From positions 87,482,001 through 87,546,000 of the forward strand of contig NC_042998.1 in the NCBI RefSeq assembly GCF_006345805.1: DNA of 64,000 nucleotides. Direction: 5' to 3'. Position 1 is the stretch's first letter, and every line of letters starts with the position of its first letter. Below the pieces are notes generated by a model. That model worked only from the letters and a program-made list of their open reading frames with translations. It was not told the DNA's origin and ran no database searches. A program made the translations under genes and the position numbers. Source of the DNA: Octopus sinensis (taxonomy: Eukaryota). Shown here piece after piece: positions 37,331 to 49,569 of this stretch.

Positions 37331-38060
37331 GAGTAAGTTGAGAAAGAAAATATTTTGAAAGATCAATCATAAATATCAGGCAGTGACAACGGAAAGGTCT
37401 GCTTCAAGACAGACAGCAAAACACTAACATTTAAAAGGGACAGACGAACTTGCGAGCTGAAAAAAAATATTGGAAACGAAAGTTTTAAGGGATAGAATCT
37501 GAGGATAGTAGAGTCACTATGGCTGGCATTTCTTAACGACGGACAGCAACGTAGTGGCTGTTTAACAGATGGCGTAAAATTTTGAACTTGATGTAAAAGA
37601 AAATTCCTAAATACCAAGTTTTGAAGTGATTCTTTCTCACAACAGTAGACTCACCATGGCAAGCATTCAAAACTTCTTCATCATGGACGGCAACACATTG
37701 ACGATTTAAAGGCTGGCGCCAATGTTTTAGCTTGATGTGACAGAGAATTCCTTAACACCCACTCCTGCAAATTTTAATCCCCTTCCAGTCCCATTTAGAC
37801 TCCTTTTCACATTTTGGTTAATATAACCCGATTTCATTCGAGTCTACTCGGGCCACATTTTCTAAGAAGAGGAATTTTGTCCTAGAGGTCACGCGTTTCA
37901 TTTGAGGAAAAAAATAGTTGCCATGCAAACTCGCCAGCACTTTTAACATAGGTGTGCATATTTTCAGCTCAACCGACCACATAATGCATAGATTATATAT
38001 ATATATGTGTATGTGTGTGTACGCATTATATATACAAATTATATATATATATATATATAT

Positions 38061-38103
<43 letters not shown>

Positions 38104-38296
38104 ATATATACGTATATATATATATAAATACAGATATATACACTTTGTATATATACATTATATATACATATTTATATATAGAACACACACACATATAAAT
38201 TAACCCAATAAATACCTGATTCATAATATTTGTTCTCATGATTGTGTGGTGGTGGTGGTGGCGATGATAATTCTCTCTATAAATGCTGACAGACGT

Positions 38297-38297
<1 letters not shown>

Positions 38298-38355
<58 letters not shown>

Positions 38356-38680
38356 AGAGAGTGACAGCGCTGGCGAAGGTAGCGGAGGAAAGATAGTAGA
38401 TGCTGTGAAACGACGTTATAGAGAGAAAGTGAAATGAAGGGAGGAAAGAGAGAGAGATGGAGAAAGACAGGCAAATAAAAGAATGAGAGTAGACTTTCTC
38501 TATGAATGCAGACAGATGTAGAGAGAAAGAGAGTGTGACAGTGCTTGCGAAGGCGGCGGAGGAAAGATAGTAGACGCTGTGAAACGATGTTATAGAGAGA
38601 AAGTGAAAGGAATGGAGGAAAGAGAGAGAGAGAGAGAGAGAGATGGAGAAAGACAGGCAGATAATAGAGTGAGAGGAAAC
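38298..38680. repeat. (GA)n-rich region containing a ~174-bp-period direct duplication
   Basis: gtgacagcgctggcgaagg...gagaaagacaggca occurs at 38361 and again at 38535. Confidence 0.85.
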
Positions 38681-39689
38681 TTGCCAAAATGTGCGTTTTA
38701 TGTCCTAGTAACCACACCTTTTAAGATAGGGATTTCTAATCTAGCCCACCCTCATCCTCACCTCATGTCCCTGTAAATTTTGGAGTCAATCCGACCCCCA
38801 TCTAGTGCCCCTTAACCCGTTCCAATGCCAAAACCAGACAAACTTTTCGCATTTCAGAATTATAATATAGAGATATATATAAAACTCCAGAAAGATAATT
38901 GTTAATAAGCAAGCATGCAGAAGATGTTAGTGTTCTGTATGTAATTGTGCTTTTCTGTGAGAGTATTTTAACATCTGACCCCATTGGAAAGAAATCTATT
39001 TTGACAAGCGCAATATGATAAAACTAACAGGGGTATGATCCATGTGTGCATGAGTCCAGTGACCTATCTTTTTGGGTCATAGATGAAAGCTTTTGTTTTG
39101 AAACAAATACATTTCATTAAAACTTCACCGGATGTAGTTCTTGACATCGCATTAATATCCAGGCTTCAAGGTGTGGGTGACTGTTTGTCTCAGAAATGCT
39201 ACAATGGGCTTCTACATGAATATTTTTGTTGATTTGTATATATATATATTTTTCATATGCACACGCGCGCACAAATACACACACACACACACACACAAAC
39301 ACGCGCGCGCACACACACATACATAAACTGGCAAAATGACCATTCCGAAATATAACAATATTTCTGTATGTATATATATATACATGTATATATATGTTGT
39401 GGTGAAATCCTGATACCCCTGTAGGATAGCAAGTCAACTGTCCTAAACCGTATAAAGGCGCATGCGCACTGTCTGAGAGGACAGCGTAGTGTATGCAGGC
39501 AGTTTGAATTATTCGTTTCGGAGTTGATTTTGTCGTGTTATTGTTAGACGTAAGTCACTTTGTTGAATATTTTGTTGAAGGTCTCCCCTCGTGGGTGTAC
39601 CCAAGATTATTAATTGTTATTGCTGAAACTGCAGATTATTGTTCTTTTTGAATTGTTGTTTTCTTTCCTATTGTGGGGAAAATTGAGAA

Positions 39690-41096
39690 GGCGCCAACAG
39701 GAGGCCACAGCTATGCGGCTGCAACTGGAAACGGAGTGAAGGTTGAAGCGCTGGAAGTACATGAAGTTAAAGTCGAACCGAAGAAAATGAAAGAATGTGA
39801 AAAATTGCTGAAAAAGGAAGGAAAACACCGAGACTAACGCCGCCTGCTGACTTCACAAGTAATGAAACCAAAAGCACAGTAGTTTATAAAACACTGAAGG
39901 TAGATAACGGAAGGATCGAAATAGTAACAATCGAGGCTATCGAGAAATGTTTGAAAAGAGTAAAGAGGTTGACAACATTCATTACCCGAGGAAGAAAATA
40001 TGGCACTGTGGGGATGCGTTTCGCTACGGAGGATGAAGCGATTAAGCACTCCATGGAAGCCATAAGGACAGAGGAATGGGTGCTTTTGCCGTCTTACTGT
40101 GGCATGCGTGTTGCCAGAGTAAGAGTTGGCAAAGTGTCGCCAGAGATAAAAGAAACATGGCTGACAGCAGCTATCGTGTACAATATGGAGGAGGAGGAGG
40201 CCAAGATTCTCAAGGCCACAAGAACAAAAAGAGTGAAATATTGGGGATATGGCATAGAAATGGCCATTCGAGCGAGTATAGATGACCTCAATAGAATATC
40301 GGAAGAAATAGTCCTCCCCGAGGACGTAAGACTGTGAGTGGTAGTAGAGGGTAGGCCGCCCATATGCTATGAATGTGGAGAAAAAGGCCACACGAAGGCG
40401 AGGTTCCCCCAGAGAGAACAACAGGTGGAACAGATGGAGAAGCTAGAGAGTGCAGACCAAGAGTTACAAGTTGAGGTAAAGGAAACAAGAACGGATGAAG
40501 GATTTATGGTGGTAAAAAAAGAAAGAGAAGTGATAGAGTAAGCTCTCCGCCAGAGAGGCAAAAAAGAAGAAAGAAACGGTAGAGAAAGAGGTTATGAAGG
40601 AAGTTAGACGGAAGACAAAATGGTGGTTGACAAGGAGGTCGAAAAAGAACTTGAAAAGGGCTCGAAGAGGAGTTGCAGAAGGAAGAGACAGCAGCAAAAA
40701 TATGGATTGTACCAGTAGAGGAGGAGGATGCGGGAGAACATTTATGCGAAGGGGAAATGGAGGAATTATTCAGAGTGGGAAGAGAAATGACACCAGCAGT
40801 GGAGCAGGAAAAGGGAAAGCAAATAAGAAAGCCCCCAAATCGATGGAATTTTGTGACATATGCGAAATACAAGGAAACAACGGATAATCATGAAATTTAA
40901 GTCTATCATAAGGGTAAAGCTACCAACAGACGTATATTCAGACAATGGAAAGGCCATTGTGATCGGCAGAGAGAAATACAACAAGCTGAAGAATATGTGT
41001 GGAGGGAGTCTTGATGCCCCAGGAGTAGTGGTGGAATTCGACGAACTGCCACCGGTAGTGGAACTGAAAGACCTCGAAGCCTTCATGAAGTATTAG
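39690..41096 (+). pseudogene. LINE ORF1/gag-like pseudogene of a retroelement lacking RT and endonuclease
   Basis: GHSYAAATG near the N-terminus. One frame is open from 39801 to 40541 apart from a single TGA at 40335, with an RRM-like region and the knuckle CYECGEKGHTKARF (last Cys lost). Then an E/K-rich linker and a further domain ending at 41096, followed by an A-rich tail and (AG)n. Confidence 0.65.
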
Positions 41097-41164
41097 AAAA
41101 AAAAGAAAGTAGTAAGTAAAATTGTTTATTGGAAAAAAAGGAAAAAAGTAAAATTGTTTATTGT

Positions 41165-41224
<60 letters not shown>

Positions 41225-41399
41225 AAGAACGATGATAAGGAAAATACAAAGGAAATTGAACGATTGTAAACAATATATTAAACGATCCAAATGGTACTGC
41301 GTGAGGAGTGGGCCCATGCAGCCATTTCATTTTCATTATATAACATCTTCATTTTCATTCGTATATGTTTTTGTCCCCACTGTAATTTTCTGTCTGACC

Positions 41400-42845
41400 T
41401 TTTAGTGTCCCCTCTGTATTATGGCCGTAGTACCAAATAAAGAAATCAGTGTAGTATGAGTAGGCACTTTGTGAAGACAGTCGTAGAAGTCGTAAGAAGA
41501 GATATCGTTTGTTAGGTGTTGTTTCTGATTTATATTTGTATTCTTATAACCTTGTTATAAGTCCACGTTATAAAGTGGCACATACAGTGTGTGCAAAGAA
41601 GGACATAACTGTGTTAACGAGACACAGCTGTGTCGACGAGACATTCGAAACTCACGGTAGACGTTCTTAGCATGGAAGACCTATTAACCTCCGTGATTCA
41701 GTTGCAACGGCAACTACAGCAGCAACAAGAACAACAGAAACAGCAAGAACAGGTAAACAGCAGCAGTAACAACAACAACAAAATCAACAGTTGTTAGAAT
41801 TATTGTTGCAGTCAAAAAACACTTCGTTTTCGGCAGACGCGGTTGTTAATTCAATTGAAGAATTCACGTATAATCCGGAAGAAGGGATTAGATTTTCTGC
41901 ATACTTCAGAAGGTATGAAGGAATCTCAAGGAAGAGTGTAAAAGCTGGACGGACGAAAATAAGGTACGTCTTCTTTTAAGGAAATTATCACCAGTAGAAC
42001 ATGAAAAGTTTTGTAAATACATCTTGCCCAGAAAACCAACCGAAATTTGTTTCGAGGAAACAATTAAGCTATTATCTAAAATATTCAGTGAAAGAAGTTC
42101 ACTATTTAATATTCACTGGGAGTGTTTGAATGTAAAAAAAAAGAAAAGAAACGGAAGGTTTCGTCACATATGCCATAACCGTAAATAGAGAATGTAAAAC
42201 ATTTAAACTCGACGAATTAGCCCGGACATGCTTAAATATTTTATCTTAGTACAAAGATTAACAGCAAGTAAAGCTGCAGAGATAAGGGCTCGAGTATTGA
42301 CAAAGCTTGAACAAGATTCAAAAATAATTCTACAAATAGTGACTGAAGAATGCCAAAGAGTTATAAATCTTCGAGAGGACTCTGAAAAAATTGAAAAAGA
42401 TTATTCAAATATACATATGTGTCGACTAGTAACAGATACGAAAAAGAAAATCAACAGTCAAGACCCAAACCATGTTATGGATGTAGAGAAATATATTTCA
42501 AAAGAATCTTTTAAGAATCTAAAATGTTTTGGATGTGGGAAAATTGGACACAAAATTTCACATTGTTGGGTGAAGCAAAAAAGGTTGAACGAAAACAAAT
42601 CGAGAAAATAAGTATTGTCAACACAAATGCTAAGCGAGACACAAAAAAGAAAATTTGTCTCTATAAAAATAAATAATGTGAATACAAGACTACAGTTGGA
42701 CACTGGTAGTGGCACCACAATAATTAACGAGGATACATGGAAAAAATAAGAAGGCCTACATTGAAAAAAAACTGCGAAAATGGCGAGAGGCATCTCAGGA
42801 AAACAATTACGATTTTGGGGCGAACTGATTAACGAGGTAGCATTT
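41400..42845 (+). mobile_element. Ty3/gypsy LTR retrotransposon remnant: LTR-like leader, gag and protease
   Basis: PBS-like tgtcgacgag at 41631; ATG at 41672; AVVNSIEEFTYNPEEGIRFSAYFRRYE; EIRARVLTKLEQ...EECQRVINLRED; CCHC CFGCGKIGHKISHC; protease LQLDTGS (42699). Frameshifted. Confidence 0.85.
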
Positions 42846-42879
42846 CTTTTCGTATATAAGTAAATGAAAGCTCCTTGAA

Positions 42880-43480
42880 CTACTGGAGACTTACATGAAT
42901 GAGAGCAATGATTTAAGCTTTGACTGACAGATAAGAGCAAGAATCCTGAAAAACTCGCTCGACTCGGGGACCTTTATAAACTCTAGGAAAGAAGTATTTA
43001 GTCAATGCTTTCATCTCATACGCTTCTTACTTCAAACTTGGAATTCCTCATTCGTTGAATAGGCTCGCCGTAGCTCATACGAATATCACAACGGCTGGAG
43101 CTGATGTAAGAAAGATAACTCTGTCCTGACTGATGCACTGACAAATACTTTTTTGTTTTCAAAACTAAATAATATTATGCTATTTATTATGTTTTAACTG
43201 ATTTTTGATAAATTTGTTCGAGGTTTTACCGGCATCCTCTCTGTTGCCGGAAATAAGCTGCCGTCTGCGCAGTGGATTTGAAAAGTTAGAATATACAAAC
43301 ATTGAGTTTACATGTGGAATCGATCTCGTTGTGTGTATATTTAAAATCTAAAGGCTACCTACTGATGAAGACTGGCCTCAGTAAATCTTTTTTTTTACTG
43401 AAATAAGTCAGAAACCATGGTCTAGGAACTAAATTTGATGGTAAATGTTTTTAATTTTCATTCCCTTCGAGAATTTATCC
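42880..43480 (+). mobile_element. 3' end of a Penelope-like element (GIY-YIG C-terminus plus pseudo-LTR)
   Basis: FKL*LTDK-ARIL...FINSRKEVFSQCFHLIRFLL matches the Penelope CxLCLxEK..IL..LNxRxE..xxCRH pattern. Stop at 43060-43062; hammerhead downstream. Confidence 0.75.
43358..43426 (+). ncRNA. Type I minimal hammerhead ribozyme (Penelope type)
   Basis: Stem I ccta/tagg; CTGATGA at 43362; long stem II gact...tcagtaa/ttactga...agtc; GAAA at 43411; palindromic stem III accatggt; GUC cleavage triplet at 43420-43422. A-A mismatch at the base of stem II. Confidence 0.75.
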
Positions 43481-43714
43481 CTAATTAGTAGTTTGAGTTG
43501 TTTACTGCTCTTTCTAGCGCAAGGCTTTCCTATGATGGAAGCCTCTTAATGTGTCTTAATGTACACGATATTTTATATGAATAATATATAGTCTATTGAC
43601 TAAATTTTTTTGTGCTAGGCCACTGGTAATAATTTCTATAATTCTTATTACCCAAATATTATATATAATATAATAATAATAATAATAATAATGATATATA
43701 CTATATATATATAA

Positions 43715-43803
<89 letters not shown>

Positions 43804-44887
43804 GTAATTTTATATACTATATTTTATGATAACATATTTCAGTAATTGAAACTATAAATGTGTTATAAATATTATATTTCTAACACATTTGGATGCTTAA
43901 ATTCATGTCAAATATATATTACTAATGTTGAATTGGAAGACGTCGAGCTGGCAGAGTCATTGAACAGAAATGTCTCACAATGTTTGTTCCAACTGCCGCA
44001 GTTAACTTTAAGAGTTTCAGTGTCAATACAAATTTACTCATCTAGAACAATGGATTGGTGGAATAGTAACAGTGGTGTAGTGGAATGTATAGTCAGTACA
44101 AGGTGTTGATGTGGTTGCGTGTATGTTATTACAAGACTTCACAGAGAAATGAAAGAATAAATTCAAGATCTATATATTTACTACATAAAAAAATATTTTA
44201 TTTCCTTTATCAATGATAATACGGGGAATCAAATTGTAGAAGCTAGTTCAATGAAGTAATCTAAGCAAGAAAGTCCAGAGATAGACAATGTAGAATAACA
44301 TCTAAGTGGTGCCGTAGAGAAATAGACAGCAACGACGTGGATGGCTCTAAGTCTAATCGACTAAGAAGCAAAAAGATGGGTTAGCAAGCTGTTTTTATTA
44401 ATAGAACGCTAGACATTCCAGAAACTTCCAAGAGAAACGCAAAGTTTCTTGAATAATCAAGAATCACGTCTCATGACACAGATGCTTCGATAAGCTTAGG
44501 GAAGGGACATTACTCTATGACTTTTCTTGCAAGGGAGATCATTCAACCATCTACGTCGCTACAGTGGTGTCTTTGCTGTATTTGCTCCAGCTCATTGCTT
44601 TCTGCGTTCAAATTCCGTCGGGCGTACTTTGATGGTAGACTTAATCTACCGTGCATTTTAACGCTCTCATCTTCGAAAGCAAAGTTCAACCTGTTTCAAG
44701 GATTTAAGTCACGTATCGATTTAAAGAAAACTCCCTTCCAGAAGACTTCAAGGGCCATCGTCATTTATTTCTATCCTGACTAAAAGTTATAAAGAATAAC
44801 ACACATTTATATGTATGCACGCACATCAAATGCATATTTGTATGTAAATACATATTTCACACACACACACACACGCACACACACACA

Positions 44888-44926
<39 letters not shown>

Positions 44927-44928
<2 letters not shown>

Positions 44929-45127
44929 TTTATTCATAAGCAGCAGAAAATTCAACAAAACCTGTTACTCTGAGTTTCACGTTCCCGTTCGTCGGACCGG
45001 GAACGTGAAACTCAGAGTAACAGGTTTTGTTGAATTTTCTGCTGCTTTTGAATAATGCATATTACTCTACCACTGGTATTTGAGTACTCTTTTTTCCACC
45101 TTGTTTCACATTTATGTGTTTACTCCG

Positions 45128-45129
<2 letters not shown>
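44927..45129. mobile_element. Palindromic Penelope-derived element in (TA)n: 57-bp inverted arms with a hammerhead-like motif on the minus strand
   Basis: Arms at 44931-44987 and 44998-45054 with one mismatch. The minus strand reads gt-CCGACGA-acg ggaa cgt-GAAA-ctcagag-TA-acagg. Confidence 0.75.
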
Positions 45130-45179
<50 letters not shown>

Positions 45180-45225
45180 ATCTATACACGCATATCCATT
45201 TATAATTACAAATTACATACATACG

Positions 45226-45279
<54 letters not shown>

Positions 45280-45666
45280 AATATATATATCTGCAGTGTA
45301 CATTTTAACACATAAGAGGTGACAATCATAGGACACCTAGAACGCTAGAAGGAGATGTCAAAATCCAATTTCGAAGGGAATGAAGAGAGCTCCGCCTAGC
45401 AAATTACTTTATTTGCTAATTTAGGGTTCGAAGAGGGTTCGACAGTTTCCTACTGAACAACCCATTCCCCCGAGATATATCAAATGTCTATCTACCTAGG
45501 TCTTTCTATTGTTTTTCTTTTCTCGCCATTAAACCACCTTTAATCGTAAATTTTTCGTTTTGGAAACGTCTTTACGTCGTTTCTTTTGCTTACACATACA
45601 TGCACACCCACACGCACACACACATACATGCACGCACACACGTATAAACGTGCATGATATATATAT

Positions 45667-45737
<71 letters not shown>

Positions 45738-45819
45738 GCAAATATATATATGTACATGTATATGAGTATATATATCTGTATCTGTGAATATGTGTGTGTG
45801 TATATATATATATTTTTAC

Positions 45820-45852
<33 letters not shown>

Positions 45853-46290
45853 TATATGCATATATATGTACACAACGAGCATATTTATATATACATTAAC
45901 GATACGTATATAAAGTATGCACATGATGCGTTAGCCGATTTTAGTGGCTAATCTTCTCAGATCATGATTTATATATTTGCTAAAGCTCTTGGATTGGTAC
46001 TTACTTAAATCTGGTTATAATGTTATTGGGACTTCACATCAAAGCACTTGCATCTGCTTCTAAACATCTTAATATCATCATTTGCAATATGTTTTCCTTA
46101 TATCATTAGTTCTTATATCGTTTTAAAGCACGTTTTGTTTATAGATTTCTGTTTATTATCGTGTCATGTGTTGTCGTTTAATCGGACATTTTCTGATTAA
46201 ATATTTATCTTCAGTCATTAATACTGCATTTGCTATTGTCTAGGTTGGTGAGCAGTGGAAACTAACAAACCGACTGATAAAACGATTTAA

Positions 46291-46507
46291 TCCTTTTGTT
46301 ACCGTAATTATTTTGAGGTGCCCCGTGTTTCTTTCGATTTAAATATAACAAAGAATTTAATAAAATAACTTGCTTATCATTAAGCTAGTGTTAGGAACAT
46401 AAATTGTGACTAAGGTTTGGTGGAAAATTTAAATTCAAAACTTATGAAAACAAGACATTTGTACTACAGAGCCAGAGGCGGTTTCAGCCAGGTCGGTATC
46501 GAAAGGG
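46291..46507. mobile_element. piggyBac-type MITE (217 bp)
   Basis: TTAA at 46287-46290 and 46508-46511. 13-bp TIRs tccttttgttacc / ggtatcgaaaggg (3 mismatches). Confidence 0.8.
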
Positions 46508-47684
46508 TTAAGTTATTTCTACCTACCAAAGTTCAAATATTCCTTTGTACTAAAGGCATAAAGCCTAAACTTTTTGGGGAGGAGACTAGCCGATTACATT
46601 GACCCCAGTATTTCACATGTATTTAATTTATGAAATAATGAAGGAAATTGTCGTATATAGTGCTCAGGTGCACTACAACTAAATAAATAAATAAAAAAGC
46701 TATCAGGTGTACTATTGGCGGATTTCCGGAAGCATGGAAGTTTTGAAGGTTGTAATGTCACAACAGCTAACAACTGAAGCAGATAGTTTATTCCATGCTT
46801 CAGCAATTCTGAGCGTGAAAAAAATGTTTCCCGAAGTCATGGGTGCTGAAAAGACGAAAGAAAAGTCGACCTCGGCGGAATATGAAATCAGAACGTAAAG
46901 ACAGGCGAAATGTCGCTAAGAATTTTGCCTGACGTGTTAACGATTCTGCCAGCTCGCCGCTTATTTTTCCAGGGTCGAATAAATATGTACTAAGTACTAG
47001 GGATGGATCAAATCGATTATAGATATCACCTAAAATTTATTTCTTGCTATCAAAGTTAGAAATCATCTGTAATAAGGACATTGGAATGGTAACATTGGTA
47101 GAGAATTGACATTCAGCTGCCGAAGATTGTCTAAATCGGAAGAGAGCCGGACTAAAATAATTTGACATATTTAGTCATTATATTTTGAATTCAATTCCTG
47201 TCATGATTAACTTTGATTTTCATCTCTTTGAGTAAACCAAAAATAACTACAGGACATGCTGGTAGGTTGATTCACTCTCTCCCGGCCTTTATCAATCGTG
47301 CATCAGTTGAGTAGCCCGTAGAACGAACGATTCAGTTCCGGAAGAGATGTATCAGAACGGAAGTTAGTGATGATAGTCAAGCGATGAAAGGTGAACCTTT
47401 CAGTACCTCTCTTCCTGTTTTCTTGTGACCAGCTGGACCGAAAATGGGTCCGCGGTTGACAAAGATGAATATGGATCAACGAAAAATAGGAATTGACAGG
47501 GGAGGCAGGCAGACAGAGTGGATGATTTTAGCACAAACCACAGTATATGCCCAGGAGAGGTGGTTGTGTATGATGTCCGCAGTTTTCAACAATGATGATA
47601 GTTATTTTCATTAATCCATTCATTCATACATCCATACAAATTTGTGTGCGTGCGTGTGTGTGTGTGTGTTTGTGTGTGTGTGTA

Positions 47685-48304
47685 TCTTTATTGCCCACAG
47701 GGGGGCAAACATAGAGGGGACAAACAAGAGAAGACAAAAGAATTAAGTCGATTACATCGACCCCAGTGCGTAACTGGTACATATTTAATCAATCCCGAAA
47801 GGATGAAAGGCAAAGTCGACCTCGGCGGAATTTGAACTCAGAACGTGACGGCAGACGGAATACCGCTAAACATTTCTCCCAGCATGCTAACGGTTCTGCC
47901 AGCTCGCCGCCCTATGTGTATATAAATATAAACAAAAAAATTGTTTTATCGACCACGAAAGGATAAAAACTAAAGTCGACCTGAGTGGAATTTGAACTCA
48001 GAACGTAAAGACGGACGAAATACTGCTAAGTATTTTGTCCAGCGTGTTAACGATTCTGCAAACTGGCCCCCACTCCAGCTAATCTTAATAATGACTTCAA
48101 ATTTTGGCAGAAGGCCAGCAATTTCAAGAGAGGGGATAAGTCGATTATATCGACCCCAGTGCTTGATTGCCACTTATCTTATCGATACCAAAAGGATGAA
48201 AGGCAAAGTCGACATAAGCGGAATTTGAATTAAGAACCTGAAAATGGACGAAATGCCGCTAAGCATTTAGTTCGGCGTGCCAACGATTCTGCCAGTTCGC
48301 CGCC
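47685..48304 (-). mobile_element. Three tandem family C SINEs (47685-47911 full length, 47950-48075, 48095-48304)
   Basis: Reverse complements of the 12025 copy. Confidence 0.85.
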
Positions 48305-48689
48305 ATGTTAACCTTAATACTGAATATTTCAAACAATAGGGTTGGTGAAGGGATATGTTTCAGTAAACTGAAGAGATAGTGTGGAGATGTTAGTGGCGGT
48401 GGGGAAAGAAGAAGAAAAAGAAGAAGAAGAAGAAGAAGAAGAAGAAGAAGAAGAAGAAGAATGTTAGTGGTTGGCGTATGAAGTATCCGAGCAAAAGATT
48501 TGGAAGGTCATAAAGTATTTGTCTAATTGCTGGATGATTCTCAGGGATTGTTGTTGAAAAAAAGATTTAGGACTGGCGCCAGTGGTCAGTGTTGCGTACA
48601 AGGGACATATCTATGTCTGCTGTCTGTCTTCCTCTGTGTGTGTGAGTGTATAGACACACATATATATATGTGCATATGTATGTGTTTGT

Positions 48690-49150
48690 ACATGCATATG
48701 CATTAGATATGTGGGAAAGGGGAAAGGAGAAGGTGGGCAGGAGGGAAGAGAAGGAGAGTAAGAGTTAAGAGAAGTAGGAGTTGGAGCAAAAGAGAAGTGG
48801 GTGGGAGGAAGTAGGTGTGAGGAACTAGGTGTGAGGGCGAGAGAGTCGAGGGGAGTAGCTTAGATGAAGAGGGGAAGATAGTTGTGCCCATGTGGTGCAA
48901 AGGAGCGAAGAGAGAAGATTAATCCCTGTTCACGGCGCCTGATGTATAGAGAAGGGCAGAGAGAGCAGGAGATGCAGTAGATGATATAGAGAATTAAAGG
49001 AGATGAGGAACAGTATTACAAATCCAACAGCTGTTCTGGGGGCTCGGTAGTCCATAATAATGTTCGTAGATTGATTCCATCATAGGATGAGACGAACTTC
49101 CGTTTTCAGGGAAGAGATCTTACATTTGACTTGTTAAAAGAAAGAAATTC
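48690..49150 (-). mobile_element. Degenerate Penelope-like GIY-YIG endonuclease remnant
   Basis: Minus strand LYIIYCISCSLCPSLYI (48941-49012) and FSLRSFAPHGHN (48881-48915), then a stop and a pyrimidine-rich tail. Confidence 0.6.
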
Positions 49151-49569
49151 AAAGATGGAATGATTGAATGTGGAGAGCTAAGTGTATTGGGGGGAGATTG
49201 GGGGGACGGTTCAGATGGGGAAGGTGAGAGGAGAAAGTATAGTTCAAGTGTGAAGGGTAGATAAAGAGGTTAGTAGGGAGTAGTAGTAGTAGTAGTAAAC
49301 ATGGAATGTAGAGGATGCGGTAGGTGGCATGTGAAAGGTAACCTACTGTGTTAAGTTTTTATGGTAGCTATAGAATTAATGGTTGAGATAATGAGAAAGG
49401 GAATGGCCATTATTTGAGGGAAGATACCAGTTCAGTGGCTGAGGAATATTACTTAGGTATGTAGAGATGTATGAATGAAGATAGAGGGAGGTGGACATAA
49501 AGGATTGGTGGTCGATATAGCAGTAGTTAGTGGGCTGAATTTAGGTTGGTATTGGAGGAGTACAGCAGT

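Noticed and set aside
45380-45460. Possible decayed hammerhead (tgaaga...tagcaaat/atttgcta hairpin)
   Set aside because: Both CUGANGA and GAAA are broken, so the fold cannot be supported.
47280-47600. GC-richer island that might be an exon
   Set aside because: All plus-strand frames I read hit stops within about 30 codons, and I found no family motif.
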